Position numbers and translations under genes: made by a program
Assembly (NCBI RefSeq): GCF_001194135.2
Contig: NC_068984.1
Span: 14,192,268-14,256,267, forward strand
Source: Octopus bimaculoides
Taxonomy: Eukaryota
DNA: 64,000 nt
Reading direction: 5' to 3'
Shown: positions 25,052 to 36,663 of the stretch, one piece after another
Layout of the letters: the number at the start of each line of letters is the position of its first letter
Position numbering within the stretch: position 1 is the first letter of the stretch
The notes under the pieces: generated by a model
Seen by the model: the letters and a program-made list of their open reading frames with translations, nothing else
The model's database searches: none
Told to the model about the DNA's origin: nothing

Positions 25052-25109
25052 CCATGCTACTCCAGACTGATGATGAGCAATGACTCTGAAACTAGTCTCT
25101 GGATGCTGG
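25052..25109 (+). ncRNA. Minimal type I hammerhead ribozyme motif (Penelope/retrozyme type)
   Basis: Stem I TCCAGA (25061-66)/TCTGGA (25098-103) perfect; core CTGATGA 25067-73; stem II GAG/CTC with loop CAATGA and a U.U pair next to the core; GAAA 25088-91; palindromic stem III ACTAGT 25091-96; triplet GTC with predicted cleavage after C25097. Stem I extends through an internal loop to CCA.GC/GC.TGG. Confidence 0.75.
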
Positions 25110-25832
25110 GTGGAGGTGCTTGTCTTCACTTTGAAAACATTAGGACACAGGAAATGTATCAAGTCCAACAGGAAACGGAGATACCTAGGGCCAAATGACA
25201 GAAGCATTCTTCCCTTTTTCATGGGACTGCCACATTAAGTTGATAACATACTATCACTTTATCGTGCTACTACTGCATAAATCTCTCTGAGAGATTTAGA
25301 AATATATTAATCTTAAAATTGTCTGGCATCTCATAGATTGACAAATGCATTTTCCTATATAATACGCACTGTTTTTGTGATATATATTAAAGAATTCCTT
25401 GTTGGATGCATTTTACGTAATATATTTCTGGTGTTAAGCTTAAACACAAAAAATACACTATCAGCTTTATGACAGTTATAACTCTCAAAATAATATAAAT
25501 AGCACAAAGACCTGGCTCGAGCCTGTCAGGGGTTCCACGAAAAGACAACTGACCTCAAATAATGATGACGTAACTGCCAAAAGGTGCATCTATGATTGTG
25601 TAGCTGGTTCTAGGAAAGCAATAATCTTAATTGTTAATCCAGTTTCTGCCGAAAGGAAAACTAACTTATTTGCCATCGAAGGAGCTAAGCACAGATTGAT
25701 TATTTTTGTCATATTTAAGATCCGTTCCATTGGTGTCACTAGACTATTAACATTCTAACAAAACTAATTAACATAATTTAATTAGCAAGCATGTTATTCT
25801 GAGGTTTGGTGATAACAAGTCTCTTCAAATCT

Positions 25833-25870
<38 letters not shown>

Positions 25871-28392
25871 AATACAACCGAGGAGCAAAACAGTATAATT
25901 ATGCAAGCTTTTTCTTAAGTTTAAAATGTGGCATTGTTTTCGATACCTACATTCCAACGGTGGAGCATTGCATCTTTGTTAGAAACGAGCTGCATCCTCA
26001 AAGGAAGAATTTAAATAATTAAAACCAGAAGAGAACATACATACATATAACACACAAATATATATGAATAAACGGGAAGAGGACATTTTCAGGATGGTGA
26101 AGCTGAATACTGGACATTAATAACCAGAGAGAACTGCCATCAATATATTGAAACAAACATGAATATAACACAGGTATATATTAGCATCTACATCTTACAG
26201 TGAGTGTGTATTCGATTGTAATGCAATTTTGTCGCTTCTTTGTAGCGTTTCTTTATAACGATATAATCATCAAAGCTGAAATAGTATATTAGTTCCTGGG
26301 TCTGAGACGAAATTCTACTTTGTTGTACATAACATAGCAAATAATATTGTTTGAGCTGCTACAAAAATATTTCAAATGAAAGGAAATCTTTCAGAATTAT
26401 ATTCTTTTCAATACAGTGCTTCCTAAACAAGAAATCAATGACATGTGTCAAGAAGCCCTTTTTGAAAATAACATTAGTCAAAGAGCTTTGCTTCCAATAG
26501 CGTTAAATGTAGCTGATTGACAATGTAAATGTTACATATACTTATATACATACATACAGACATACATACAGACATACATACAGTCACACACATGTGTATG
26601 TATCGATGGATGGATGTGTGTATGTATATGTGTATGTATGTATGTGTCTAGGTTTGTATGAATATTTATATGCAAGCATATATGTATTGTAGTGTTTCTG
26701 TTTTATTGTCGTTATTTCACAAAACTCGAATGAAAAGACTAAAAACGTTATGTTTTGCTAATCATTGTTATGCTGTCGTTATTTTCTTTTTCTCCTTTTC
26801 TTTTCTTGGAGAGAACAAAAAGGAGAAGGGAGAAAATGCGAAAGAGGAGAGAGAGAGAGAGGGGGAGAGGGATAGAGAGAATGAGAGAAAGAGTGAGAGA
26901 AGGAGGAAAAAGACCAATATATTTGTATAAATTTAAAACATTCTTACAGATTTTCCTGCAAAGTTCATCGGATTTATTATCAACGTTACCTAAAGAAACA
27001 GTGCTTCGTTGCAGTCGATGTTTTTTATATTAATCTAACTACTCATCATTACTTTTCAACTGAGACTTATAAAGTATCTTTAGAAACTGAATCGACAATA
27101 ATTGTTTCTATAGACCACTACTTCCGAATTCTACAGTGTTGATTTCATTTTGATTTGATTTCGTTGTACTGTACTTTTCCCGACAGGTTAATACAGGAAA
27201 AGTATTGACGACACAGAGTTGTTAGTTCAAAGGTTTGAAATCAGTCCTTTAGAAAATATGTTTTCTTTCTAACCAAATGTAATCTTATTGTACAAATTAT
27301 ATAACTTTGCGCTTTAAAAAAACTTATGGTGTCTGTGAGTATTTCGGAAGTCAGAATGACCAAGTCTATGTTCGTGACATTTAGGTTCAATATACTGAGG
27401 AATCAGATTCTCCGCTTCCTCGTTCCCTTTGAATTGGATTTGGAAGGGATTCCTTTATATTAACTCCCCACAGAAACTACTCCTAATCGGCACTTCGTCG
27501 TATTAGGGTACACGTATCTAGGCCCATTAGGAACATCAGATATAATGCCCGCGAGTCGTATTACAGCATTTTAAAACGTAGAGAGAAAACACGTTATATA
27601 ATTTAGTCCTATTTATCCACCATCTAAGGTAGGATGGTCATGAATGGAACGCTTTAGATAATAGGCCTGTTCGGCCAGGATTGTGCAGAAAGCAAAGAAA
27701 CCAGCAGAAACTCAGTGTTTAACAAGTGTTAGAACACAGAAACTGTTACCTCAGGCATATGGGAAAACAGTGGAAGAAGTACGTCACAAACGAGAATACA
27801 CTTCCCTACCAAAGGAATTTATCTAGAAAGCTGAAACTTGAACATAAAATCCCTTATCCCCTTAACAGGATTGTCGATGGGAACCCTGGCTCATTTGTAG
27901 CAAGATGTTGGCTGTCTCGACAGACTCAAGGCATTTATGGAAACGACTACCTATTATTTAAAACTAGGGATGATGTGAGAAGGCAAACAGGAGTACGTGA
28001 AGTACATGCCTGATTAAATAACGGTGCCATAGCACATTAATAGTAACACATACAATAGTCACAACAAAAGGTTATAATGCAGATGTCAATTGTATTATAG
28101 TTGCATTTTCGACAAAGGGCAGATAATTCGTATTCCTGAAGATAATCTGCAAACGTATATCCACGTATTGGCCTGCGTAACGACTCGGACACTTACAAAA
28201 CAACAAAGCTCATCTCTAGCTCATCAACAGTTAAAGGAAGGAACAACACCTAAGAAAATGTAAAAATGCATCAAATTTTACGGTTCGGTTAAATTCAAAG
28301 ACTATCAAAATCCATTAGAAAGTTCTCAAATTGCATAAGGTGAAAAAAGTGGAATGCGGTCGGAGTGGAAGTGCCGTACTAACAACAGCACT

Positions 28393-28412
28393 AATTATTA
28401 TTATTATTATTA

Positions 28413-28453
<41 letters not shown>
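28393..28453. repeat. (ATT)n tract, tail and target of the adjacent LINE
   Basis: Seen directly. Confidence 0.95.
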
Positions 28454-28667
28454 GTTCAGTAGTTTCATTTTTATAACGTGCTTTCACTTCACTACCGAGC
28501 GCAGCTCTGTGTGCCTTGAGTATGTGCTGTGGTTTGCTGTGATGCTCTTATGATTACTGTATTGAAAGTTTTTTGCGTAGGATGTGTGCAGTGCCCAGTA
28601 GTGCAATTGTCTGTATGTTATATATATTTGTAAGTCCTGGTGTTTTTGTTATGTATTTGTCTGAATA

Positions 28668-28676
<9 letters not shown>
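28454..28676 (-). mobile_element. 5'-truncated R4/Dong-type (RLE) LINE 3' end, element A
   Basis: KYSDKYITKTPGLTNIYNIQTIALLGTAHILRKKLSIQ* is the QKxALLGTAxILR C-terminal motif of RLE non-LTR elements; 3' UTR followed by (TAA)n. Confidence 0.88.
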
Positions 28677-28720
<44 letters not shown>

Positions 28721-28721
<1 letters not shown>

Positions 28722-28830
28722 GAGTGAGAGAGCAGTGAACGCCATCAAAGCAGAATATTTGCTGTAGCCCATTTTTTATACCAAGACAAAACATATCCAT
28801 GATAGCACTTCCAATCAGTTAAGATCAAAC
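28721..28830. mobile_element. Short interspersed-repeat fragment between (ATT)n tracts, probably the internally deleted 3' UTR of a third LINE
   Basis: Non-microsatellite island GAGTGAGAGAGCAGTGAACGCCATCAAAG-CAGAATATTTGCTGTAGCCC...; I recall it as a recurrent octopus repeat but cannot verify this. Confidence 0.35.
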
Positions 28831-28834
28831 GCTT

Positions 28835-28866
<32 letters not shown>

Positions 28867-28893
28867 CATTATTATTATTATTATTATTATTAA

Positions 28894-28927
<34 letters not shown>

Positions 28928-29370
28928 GTCTTTGCACAGCCTCTAGCGCTGGAGATGAACTACGGTGTCAGTTGTTCGCTTCCAGTGAACTAAGGTAACA
29001 CCCCTTATTTTTCGAGCACCACCCAGAGTGTTTGAACGGCTCCAAGCAGTGCTGTTTTCTTCAAGTGCTCCACCCTTATTGCAGCCCGTATTTGTTCCGT
29101 GTACTTCTCAAGATTTTTACTCACACTTCCCAGGGCTACGACAATTATTGGTACTACTACCATCTTTTTCTTCGACCACAACCGCTTAACCTCCCAAGCT
29201 AACCTGTCGTACCTATCGCCTTTCTTCCTTATCGCATACCTTGTTGTCAGCTGGGCATGCTATATCTATGATACAGCATCGTTTTCTTTCTTTCTCAATT
29301 AACATTATGCCTGGCTTCCTATTCTCTATATCATGGTCGCACTGAATCATAAAATCCCATAGGATCTTTG
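28928..29370 (-). mobile_element. 5'-truncated R4/Dong-type LINE 3' end with restriction-like endonuclease domain, element B
   Basis: KILWDFMIQCDHDIENRKPGIMLIEKERKRCCIIDIACPADNKVCDKEER (frameshift) DRYDRLAWEVKRLWSKKKMVVVPIIVVALGSVSKNLEKYTEQIRAAIRVEHLKKTALLGAVQTLWVVLEK*. The RKPD motif is mutated to RKPG; (TAA)n tail at 28833-28927. Confidence 0.93.
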
Positions 29371-29480
29371 TATTATCATTTTCGATGATGCCTTCGGGTT
29401 TATGTTCGTACCACTTTTTTTACTCTATTATTATTATTATTATTATTATCATTATTATTATTATTATTATTATTATTACT

Positions 29481-29690
29481 TTGCCAGAATCGTTCGCACG
29501 ATGGGCAAAATTCTTAGTGGCATTTCGTCTGACCTTACGTTCTGTGTTCAAATTCCACCGAGGTCGCCTTTGCCTTTCATCTTTTCGGTGTCGATAAATT
29601 TAGAAAATGTGAAACACTTGGGGTCGATGCAATCGACTAGTCGCCTCCCCACCAAATTTCAGGGCTTGTACTTTTAGTAGAAAGGATTAT
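29481..29690 (+). mobile_element. SINE family M
   Basis: CCAGAATCGTTCGCACG head, GTGTTCAAATTCCACCGAGGTCG B-box, GGGGTCGATGCAATCGACTAG hairpin, AGTAGAAAGGATTAT tail. Confidence 0.9.
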
Positions 29691-30280
29691 CATTGTTATC
29701 ATCATCATTATCATCCTCATCTTGCCGAAGACTGATCTGTGAACTCATTTTTAGAATATCCTTGGCAGTGTAAATATTACTTCCCTTCCAGTTCAACGAG
29801 AGGCGTCATAATCCTAACATCCTTTAATTTATTAACATTTCAAATCATTGAAACGTGCGATAACATCTATATTGTTTTACCTCCTTTCGTTATATTATTA
29901 AACAAACATGTGACTACCCTTTCTTTCCTCTATCGATACTATAACAACAGTGTTTCTTCTGCATTAATAAGTAACATAACACATGCACGCCATGTCCTCC
30001 CGTTATATCTATTTTATGTTCACCAAACGCAAACGTGATTTATTCATTTTAATTGCAGTTACCAATTATTGCAGTGCCACCTACAAAGACTGAATCGAAA
30101 CACAAATAAGAAGAATCAATTACTTTATAACAATTGTCTTTCGTGATACGGGTTAACTATAGTCAGCATACTGAAAATGTTTCAAATTGCCTGTCGTGTT
30201 ATTCTGAACAACACGAGTAGTTACTAGTTAATCTTAATATGATATGAAACGAAGAGGTTATCTAAAGTACATCTATACTT

Positions 30281-30405
30281 GTTTCATTCTTTGGACTGCG
30301 GTCATGTAGGAGCATTGCTTTGAAGTGTTTTCGTCAAAGAACACGATCGCAGTATTTCTGTTCCTTCTTAAATTTTTAAACTTATTCTATCAGATTCTTT
30401 TGCCG
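30281..30405 (-). mobile_element. CORE-A SINE 3' tail fragment
   Basis: GTTTCATTCTTTGGACTGCGGTCATGTAGGAGCA...CTTATTCTATCAGATTCTTTTGCCG. Confidence 0.75.
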
Positions 30406-30555
30406 TCTGCTACTCTGAGTTCAAAATCCGCAGCAGTCGATTTTGCCGTTCGTCTTTCGGGGTCGATCAAATAAATACCAGTTCAGGACCGGAGCCAATG
30501 TAATCGATTTTCTCTTCTCACAAAATTCTGGACCTGTGCCAAAATTTGAAACTAA
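30406..30555 (+). mobile_element. SINE family M fragment
   Basis: CTGAGTTCAAAATCCGC...CTTTCGGGGTCGATCAAATAAATACCAG...TGTGCCAAAATTTGAAACTAATATT. Confidence 0.8.
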
Positions 30556-30786
30556 TATTTGTAGAAGACACGGTGGGTGATTGTTGAAATCATAGATAAT
30601 TCATAAAAAAAGATATTTTGAAACAAAGATGAAAATTTGTTATGCTTTGTGTTATTATGAAAAGATTGAATAAATAATTGCATGAAGAACATGGCCGAAG
30701 ATTATTTCATTTTCCTTGAAACTATTGACGACTAAAAAGGAATCCAACCTAATTATTCAATAGACATAGGTCTACAGTTGATATTG

Positions 30787-30942
<156 letters not shown>

Positions 30943-31361
30943 TCCTGCTTCTTCTTCTGGTATGACTTCAAGTCACCTCCGATGGAATAGACATATGATC
31001 ACAGTCGGTCCACCAGTGACCATTTATTTGAAGACGGTTAGCTGTGGTTTGAAAAAGTTTTCGATGTTCTTTTTTCGAGTCCATTGAATTCTATTCTGTT
31101 CTTACTTAGTACCGACGTTTGAATCTCGCGGGAAAGACTCAAAGAAGGTGATCTTTCATTGGAAAGAGAAGCGGCAGATCTCTCTAAATCCGACCACAAC
31201 GATTTATAAAATCACAGAACAAAATGGATGATGGACTCACTGATCTATCCTTATCGATCATTTAGATAGTAATGGAACACCTTATAGAGCTTTTCAGTCG
31301 TAACTGCTTCGGTCAAACAACACAAGAGATTATGATTTGTGAGAAAGAGGCATCTACATAG

Positions 31362-31396
<35 letters not shown>

Positions 31397-32904
31397 TTAC
31401 ATATATGTGTTTGTGTAGATATATATGGATGTGTGTGTGTGGATATATATATGCATATATGTGTATGTGCGTGTATGTATGCACAAGTTAAAATTAGATT
31501 CAACTATTCTGTGGTGTGTTGTTTTTGTTATAAAATATTTTTTTAGTTTTTTAACTGAGCCATGATATGATTATTGTGTAAATATATACAGGGAAAAAAT
31601 GATTATCGATAAACAAATTTCAGAAAGTATTATTGGAAAGCAAGTTAGGCTTTATAACACGCATATATGTTAACGAGAATGTTTGTATTAATAACGCATC
31701 ACTCAAATCCAGAATCACTCGATGGACCATCATCACGTTCTACACACAGCGTCAAAGATGGAGCGAATAGATTAAAGGATGATATAAGAAGGTAAATATA
31801 ATCAAGAAAATAAGGAGATCGTTGCTCTGGGGTTTGACTGATGTTAGCAGCAATTAATGAGATAATGATGTTAGAGATAAACCAAGTCTTGAAGAAATAT
31901 CAGTTTTGCTGATCTCTATAACGAACAAAGTATTATGCAAATGGGAAAAAAGTATATATAAACATTCTGTTGTCTTATTATCATTTTTTTACTTAGGTAG
32001 GTTGTATTAAATCATAAATAAAATAAAGATTGGATTATATTTGTTTATTTTAAATCTACTTGTTATCGGATTAAAAACACTTGCCTAGTCTCTAAGTCAG
32101 CATATATATATTGAAATCTCTTTATGTGATTTTATACTGTTGTTATTGAATGCAAAGAAACGGTTCCTCAGCACTTTGCTAAAGAAACCATAGTGTTGAC
32201 ATGTCTTCCCATGGTTGTTTACCGGGCAATATTTTTGATAGATGATTGTAAGGAAGATATTGACATATAGTAGTTCTAGCGATTTGGAGTACACGAGCGA
32301 GGATGAACCAATGATTAAAGAGTTTCGTAGAAATTCTGGATCGTCAGACATTAGGATAAAAGGGTGTTAAAATGCAGGAAAAGTTGTAGTCGTAGTACAA
32401 TAAATATTAGGAGTTTACAGTTGGTTTTAGTATGTTTATGACTGAAGAAATGGTGTTCAACTGGATGGTGTGGTAGGGAGGCAATCTAGAATGTTCTTCA
32501 ATGTTTAGCAGCTGCACCGACTAATATTTCAATAATAGCACTCTGATGTGCATCAAACCTGCATTTTGCAAAGCTAAATATATGACAAATCGTCGAGAGG
32601 AAACCCTATTCCTGATAATGGCTTTCTTGTTTTTGTTATAAGCTGCAAGACGGCTTTCGTTGCGCAGACAAATTACATCAAAGCATCCTTATGCTATTAA
32701 ATTTGTTATGTATGATTTGAGGGATAATTCGTTGTTATTTCTAACAGATCATGTGACTAAAATGAGAAAGATGGCTCGAGTTAGATTGCTACTTCGTTTT
32801 GGGGAGGATGCGAAATGTTTCAAGCCGTTGAAAAAATATATTCAGCAGTTGGAAAACATGACCTGCAAATCTGATTTTTCTTTCCGCCAGAATCTCCTTT
32901 TAGA

Positions 32905-33185
32905 TTAGGCAGATTAGCTCTCCTGCCGGAGTTTATGGTGGATAGAAGAGTGACGTCATGTGTTCCGACATCCAGGAGAAATATTAGCCAAGGCAGCTAA
33001 ACAATATGTACCGCCAGAGGGACAAAGAAAGAGAGGGAGACTCAAGAACACATGACACGCCACCTCCAAAAGGATCTGAAATTAGTCTCACCTGAAAAGA
33101 TGCGCTCAACTTTGCTCGAAACCGAAAACATTGCAGCCATCTTACTGCCCCTCCCCCGACCAATATACGGGAAGAACTAAGACTA
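32905..33185 (+). mobile_element. RTE-type LINE 3' relic
   Basis: HVFRHPGEILAKAAKQYVPPEGQRKRGRLKNT* then T*KDALNFARNRKH across frameshifts; corresponds to the GHVxR...W.P..GKRKRGRP..TW and W.....A.DR..W motifs of the RTE ORF end. Confidence 0.8.
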
Positions 33186-33251
33186 AATACTATATTGGTA
33201 TTTGGGAAGCATATAACAGTTCTTGACACATTCATTCATCAACTAAAACAC

Positions 33252-33284
<33 letters not shown>

Positions 33285-33463
33285 CAATATATATATATAT
33301 ATGCACAGCGTTCTTAATGGTCAATGATAGAATTCTTCGGTCACGAGTGGACAGCCATCATTGTATATATATATAAATATATGTGTGCGTGTGTCTATAT
33401 GTATGTACATTAGTATGCATGTATGTATGTATGTATGTATGTATGTATGTTGTATGTATGCTC

Positions 33464-33515
<52 letters not shown>

Positions 33516-34583
33516 CGCTGTGATGTATTTCGAAGAGAGGACAAAGAATTTTATAGTATTAATATCAAGTTTAGTTCCTTGTCAAATGATTACTAGTTTC
33601 TTGTTGTGTGGCACAATTTATTAAGGACTAGAGAAAGATGTAACCTTATATGTGTGATAGCTAGCTATTAAGACAGCCCTCAAAGCGGCAATCTGCAATA
33701 ATAAAATGGTTTGCTAAGAACTACGATTATACCGAGCTTAATTTAAAATGCCACACTGTATGGTTTCTACGTATTAGAATTAATGTATAAAATGAACGAA
33801 ACAGTAGGAGCAAATAACATTCGATGGTAACTGACAGATGTGTGAGCAAAAATCTATTGCCGAGATATCAATAGAAACAGAATAGATTTCTGGCCAACAG
33901 GCAGCCAGGTAGTTGTAGCTAAATCATGTGTAACCTGTACTAAAGTGGATATCAAATAACAGTAGATATATTCCTCTATCACATCTATGAAGCGTCCAGA
34001 GGATATATTCCACTAACACATCTATCAAGGGAAATACCTGATAGATTTATGTTGTTTAATATTGGATCGATGTATCAAATGTCATTTATAGGAGATATAA
34101 CTTTAAAGTGAATGCAAGAGGAAGATTAGTATGTGTTTGCGAATTCATTGTATTTGATAGTGAGTATGGTATTATGCTGTGCCATAAAATGGGGAGTGTC
34201 TGAGCGCAGCTGTTTATGAATATCTGACATCCAAAGAGAAATAAAGTGAAGATTGTATGAGAATAACTGAGCGTAGACGACTTTATCATATCATACCATT
34301 TCTTCGCCTCACTCTCTTTTTTTCTCGCTTCTTTTCCCTCCCTTTATCTCTCTATGTTTCTCTCTCTCTCTCTCTCTCTCTCTNNNNNNNNNNNNNNNNN
34401 NNNNNNNNNNNNNNNNNNNNNNNNNNNNNNNNNNNNNNNNNNNNNNNNNNNNNNNNNNNNNNNNNNNNNNNNNNNNNNNNNNNNNNNNNNNNNNNNNNNN
34501 NNNNNNNNNNNNNNNNNNNNNNNNNNNNNNNNNNGTGTGCTTGTGTATGCGTGTGTATATATATATATAAATATATATATATG

Positions 34584-34628
<45 letters not shown>

Positions 34629-34784
34629 ATATATGCATATATATATACACACACGCACATATACGCACATAGATATACAGATACAGGCATACATATATTG
34701 ACACACACACATATATATATATATATGTTCACAAATCGCTAAAATGTACGCGTGAGTGTGTCTGCGTGTTAACAGCTATGTAAT

Positions 34785-34815
<31 letters not shown>

Positions 34816-34928
34816 ATGTATATTTGTGTGTATTTATAATATATATATATAATATATACATATCAAACAATCAACTTAATATTTATATAGCCATTATACA
34901 TGCACACACACAAACACACATATACGCA

Positions 34929-34969
<41 letters not shown>

Positions 34970-36663
34970 ATTATTATGAGTATGTATGCAAGTGTGTGTA
35001 TGTATATACGGTGGGCCTATGTATCTAGATATCGTTCTACTCATAGACATAATCATAGAGTCATGCCTGGACCACAAAATGACGAGTGATACGTATTACT
35101 GTACGCGTATCTCTATACATCGCCATTAGTACTCATATCCAGGCCGCTACTACCGCACTTTATTGAATAGATATATTGAAAGTTATATGGAGATAGTAAT
35201 AAAAATTTTACACATTTATAACTATATAGAAAGGCATGTGACTGATTGATAGTATATAACTAGAGTGTGATGAACGTTAGATATGAGCGTGTGTATACGG
35301 ATTTATGGACGTGAATGTTAGTGTGTGTCGGTGTGTGATTGTATCTGCATGTCTACATAATTCTGTTCGCGTGTTCAAATCCCCACCATATTCATATTTT
35401 TTATATTTCTCTTTAATATATGAATGATTTGTGCATTTTCTTACTACCGCTGCTGCTGCTGTTGTTTTGTTATTGTCATCGAGGTCGTGGTCATCGTTAT
35501 TGTTGTTGTTGCGGCATGTGTCATCGTGGTTGATCTTTCGTACCAGGCCACCAGGTCCAGAACAGATTGAGCAAGCGCAGGATCAAAGCGCAGGCTCATT
35601 TCACCACTGACCATCCTATCATCTTTTGCCAATGTGTAGGAAACTAATGATCATATCGTACCGTTGGTGAGATTTCGTAGATGGTGGATTAACAAAACAG
35701 TAAGATCATCTGACAGGCTCCCTTGAGTTATTTGTTCTGCCTCTTTGCATTCTGAGCTCAAACCGCGCTGTAGTCTACTTTGGTGGTAGACATAATATGT
35801 CTCCCAGTTTAACATTATCATCTCTCACGTTGGAGTACTTTTAACCGAGTCTTTGCTGTTGCAAGCATTTGAGTCATCTTTCCAGTTTGCGCATACTTGA
35901 TTCCCAACTTCATGGACCCCCTCCCCGTAACGGATCATAAAAAGCTACCTTTTTCTCCGGGCTAAATATGCTAAAAATGCAAATTAGCTTGGTCGTCACT
36001 GGCAAGAACGTCACCCCGATTTAAGCAGACTGACTAGAAGGCAGCTTCTTTTTGAAAATATCCGTTATGTATTACTCAATGAGATATAACACGTGTATTG
36101 TATATGTATCGAAGATGACAGAAACGTCATCGAAGGATTCAACTGTTCAAGCGACTGGAGATTCGTAACCGCTCCCGCACTTTTCCGGGCGCGGAAACTA
36201 CAATTTTTCATTGCAGATGCGCATGATATACAGACCATTGTAACGAATAGTCCGTTCTTTGTACTTTGAAGAAATTGGTATCATGACACACGCGAAACAA
36301 GACCTGAAAAGCTGAAAGATTTCCAAGAGTTACCGCGCAATTACGTGTATTGCAGGAAACGAGATCAAATTCTAACCAAAGAGCGCCTATATTAATGAAA
36401 ATAATTGTATCGATATAGCCTGTTGGAAAGCCTTATCTGTCTGTCCAAACACTGACTGAACGACATCAAAAAATAGAGAGAAAGATTCCTGGGTGAATGT
36501 ATAACTATGGCCAGAGGCAGGAATCGGTGAAGAGATACGATGCATGAGCTCATGTTCCTTCAACATCAGCAATGAGGATTGGAATAAGCAAAGCAACGCA
36601 AAATGCTTCTGAATGTTATTGTGTGACACATCAATTTATTTGATATTTGACTGTTTTAATATG

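Noticed and set aside
27726-28013. 95-aa non-repetitive ORF
   Set aside because: Non-ATG start, no recognisable motif or splice signals; this length is expected by chance.
28091-28107. TGTATTATAGTTGCATT, similar to mature miR-33
   Set aside because: Mismatches fall in the seed and there is no star arm downstream.
31100-31150. Penelope-like motif ACCGACGTTTGAATCTC...GACTCAAAGAAGG (minus strand ...CAAACGTCGGT)
   Set aside because: Both halves of the hammerhead core are altered (CTTTGA, CAAAC); too degenerate to claim.
32310-32350. Minus strand CTGACGA...GAAAC
   Set aside because: Stem II mismatched at the core and no compatible stem I or III; likely chance.
35530-35630. Segment loosely similar, in reverse, to 27625-27685 (GGATGGTCA...) as a possible further LINE 3' UTR family
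   Set aside because: Similarity too weak to support by eye.
36108-36140. GAAGATGAC-AGAAAC-GTCATCGAA hairpin resembling a hammerhead stem II region
   Set aside because: Neither CUGANGA nor GAAAC-NUH is correctly placed, and there is no stem I.
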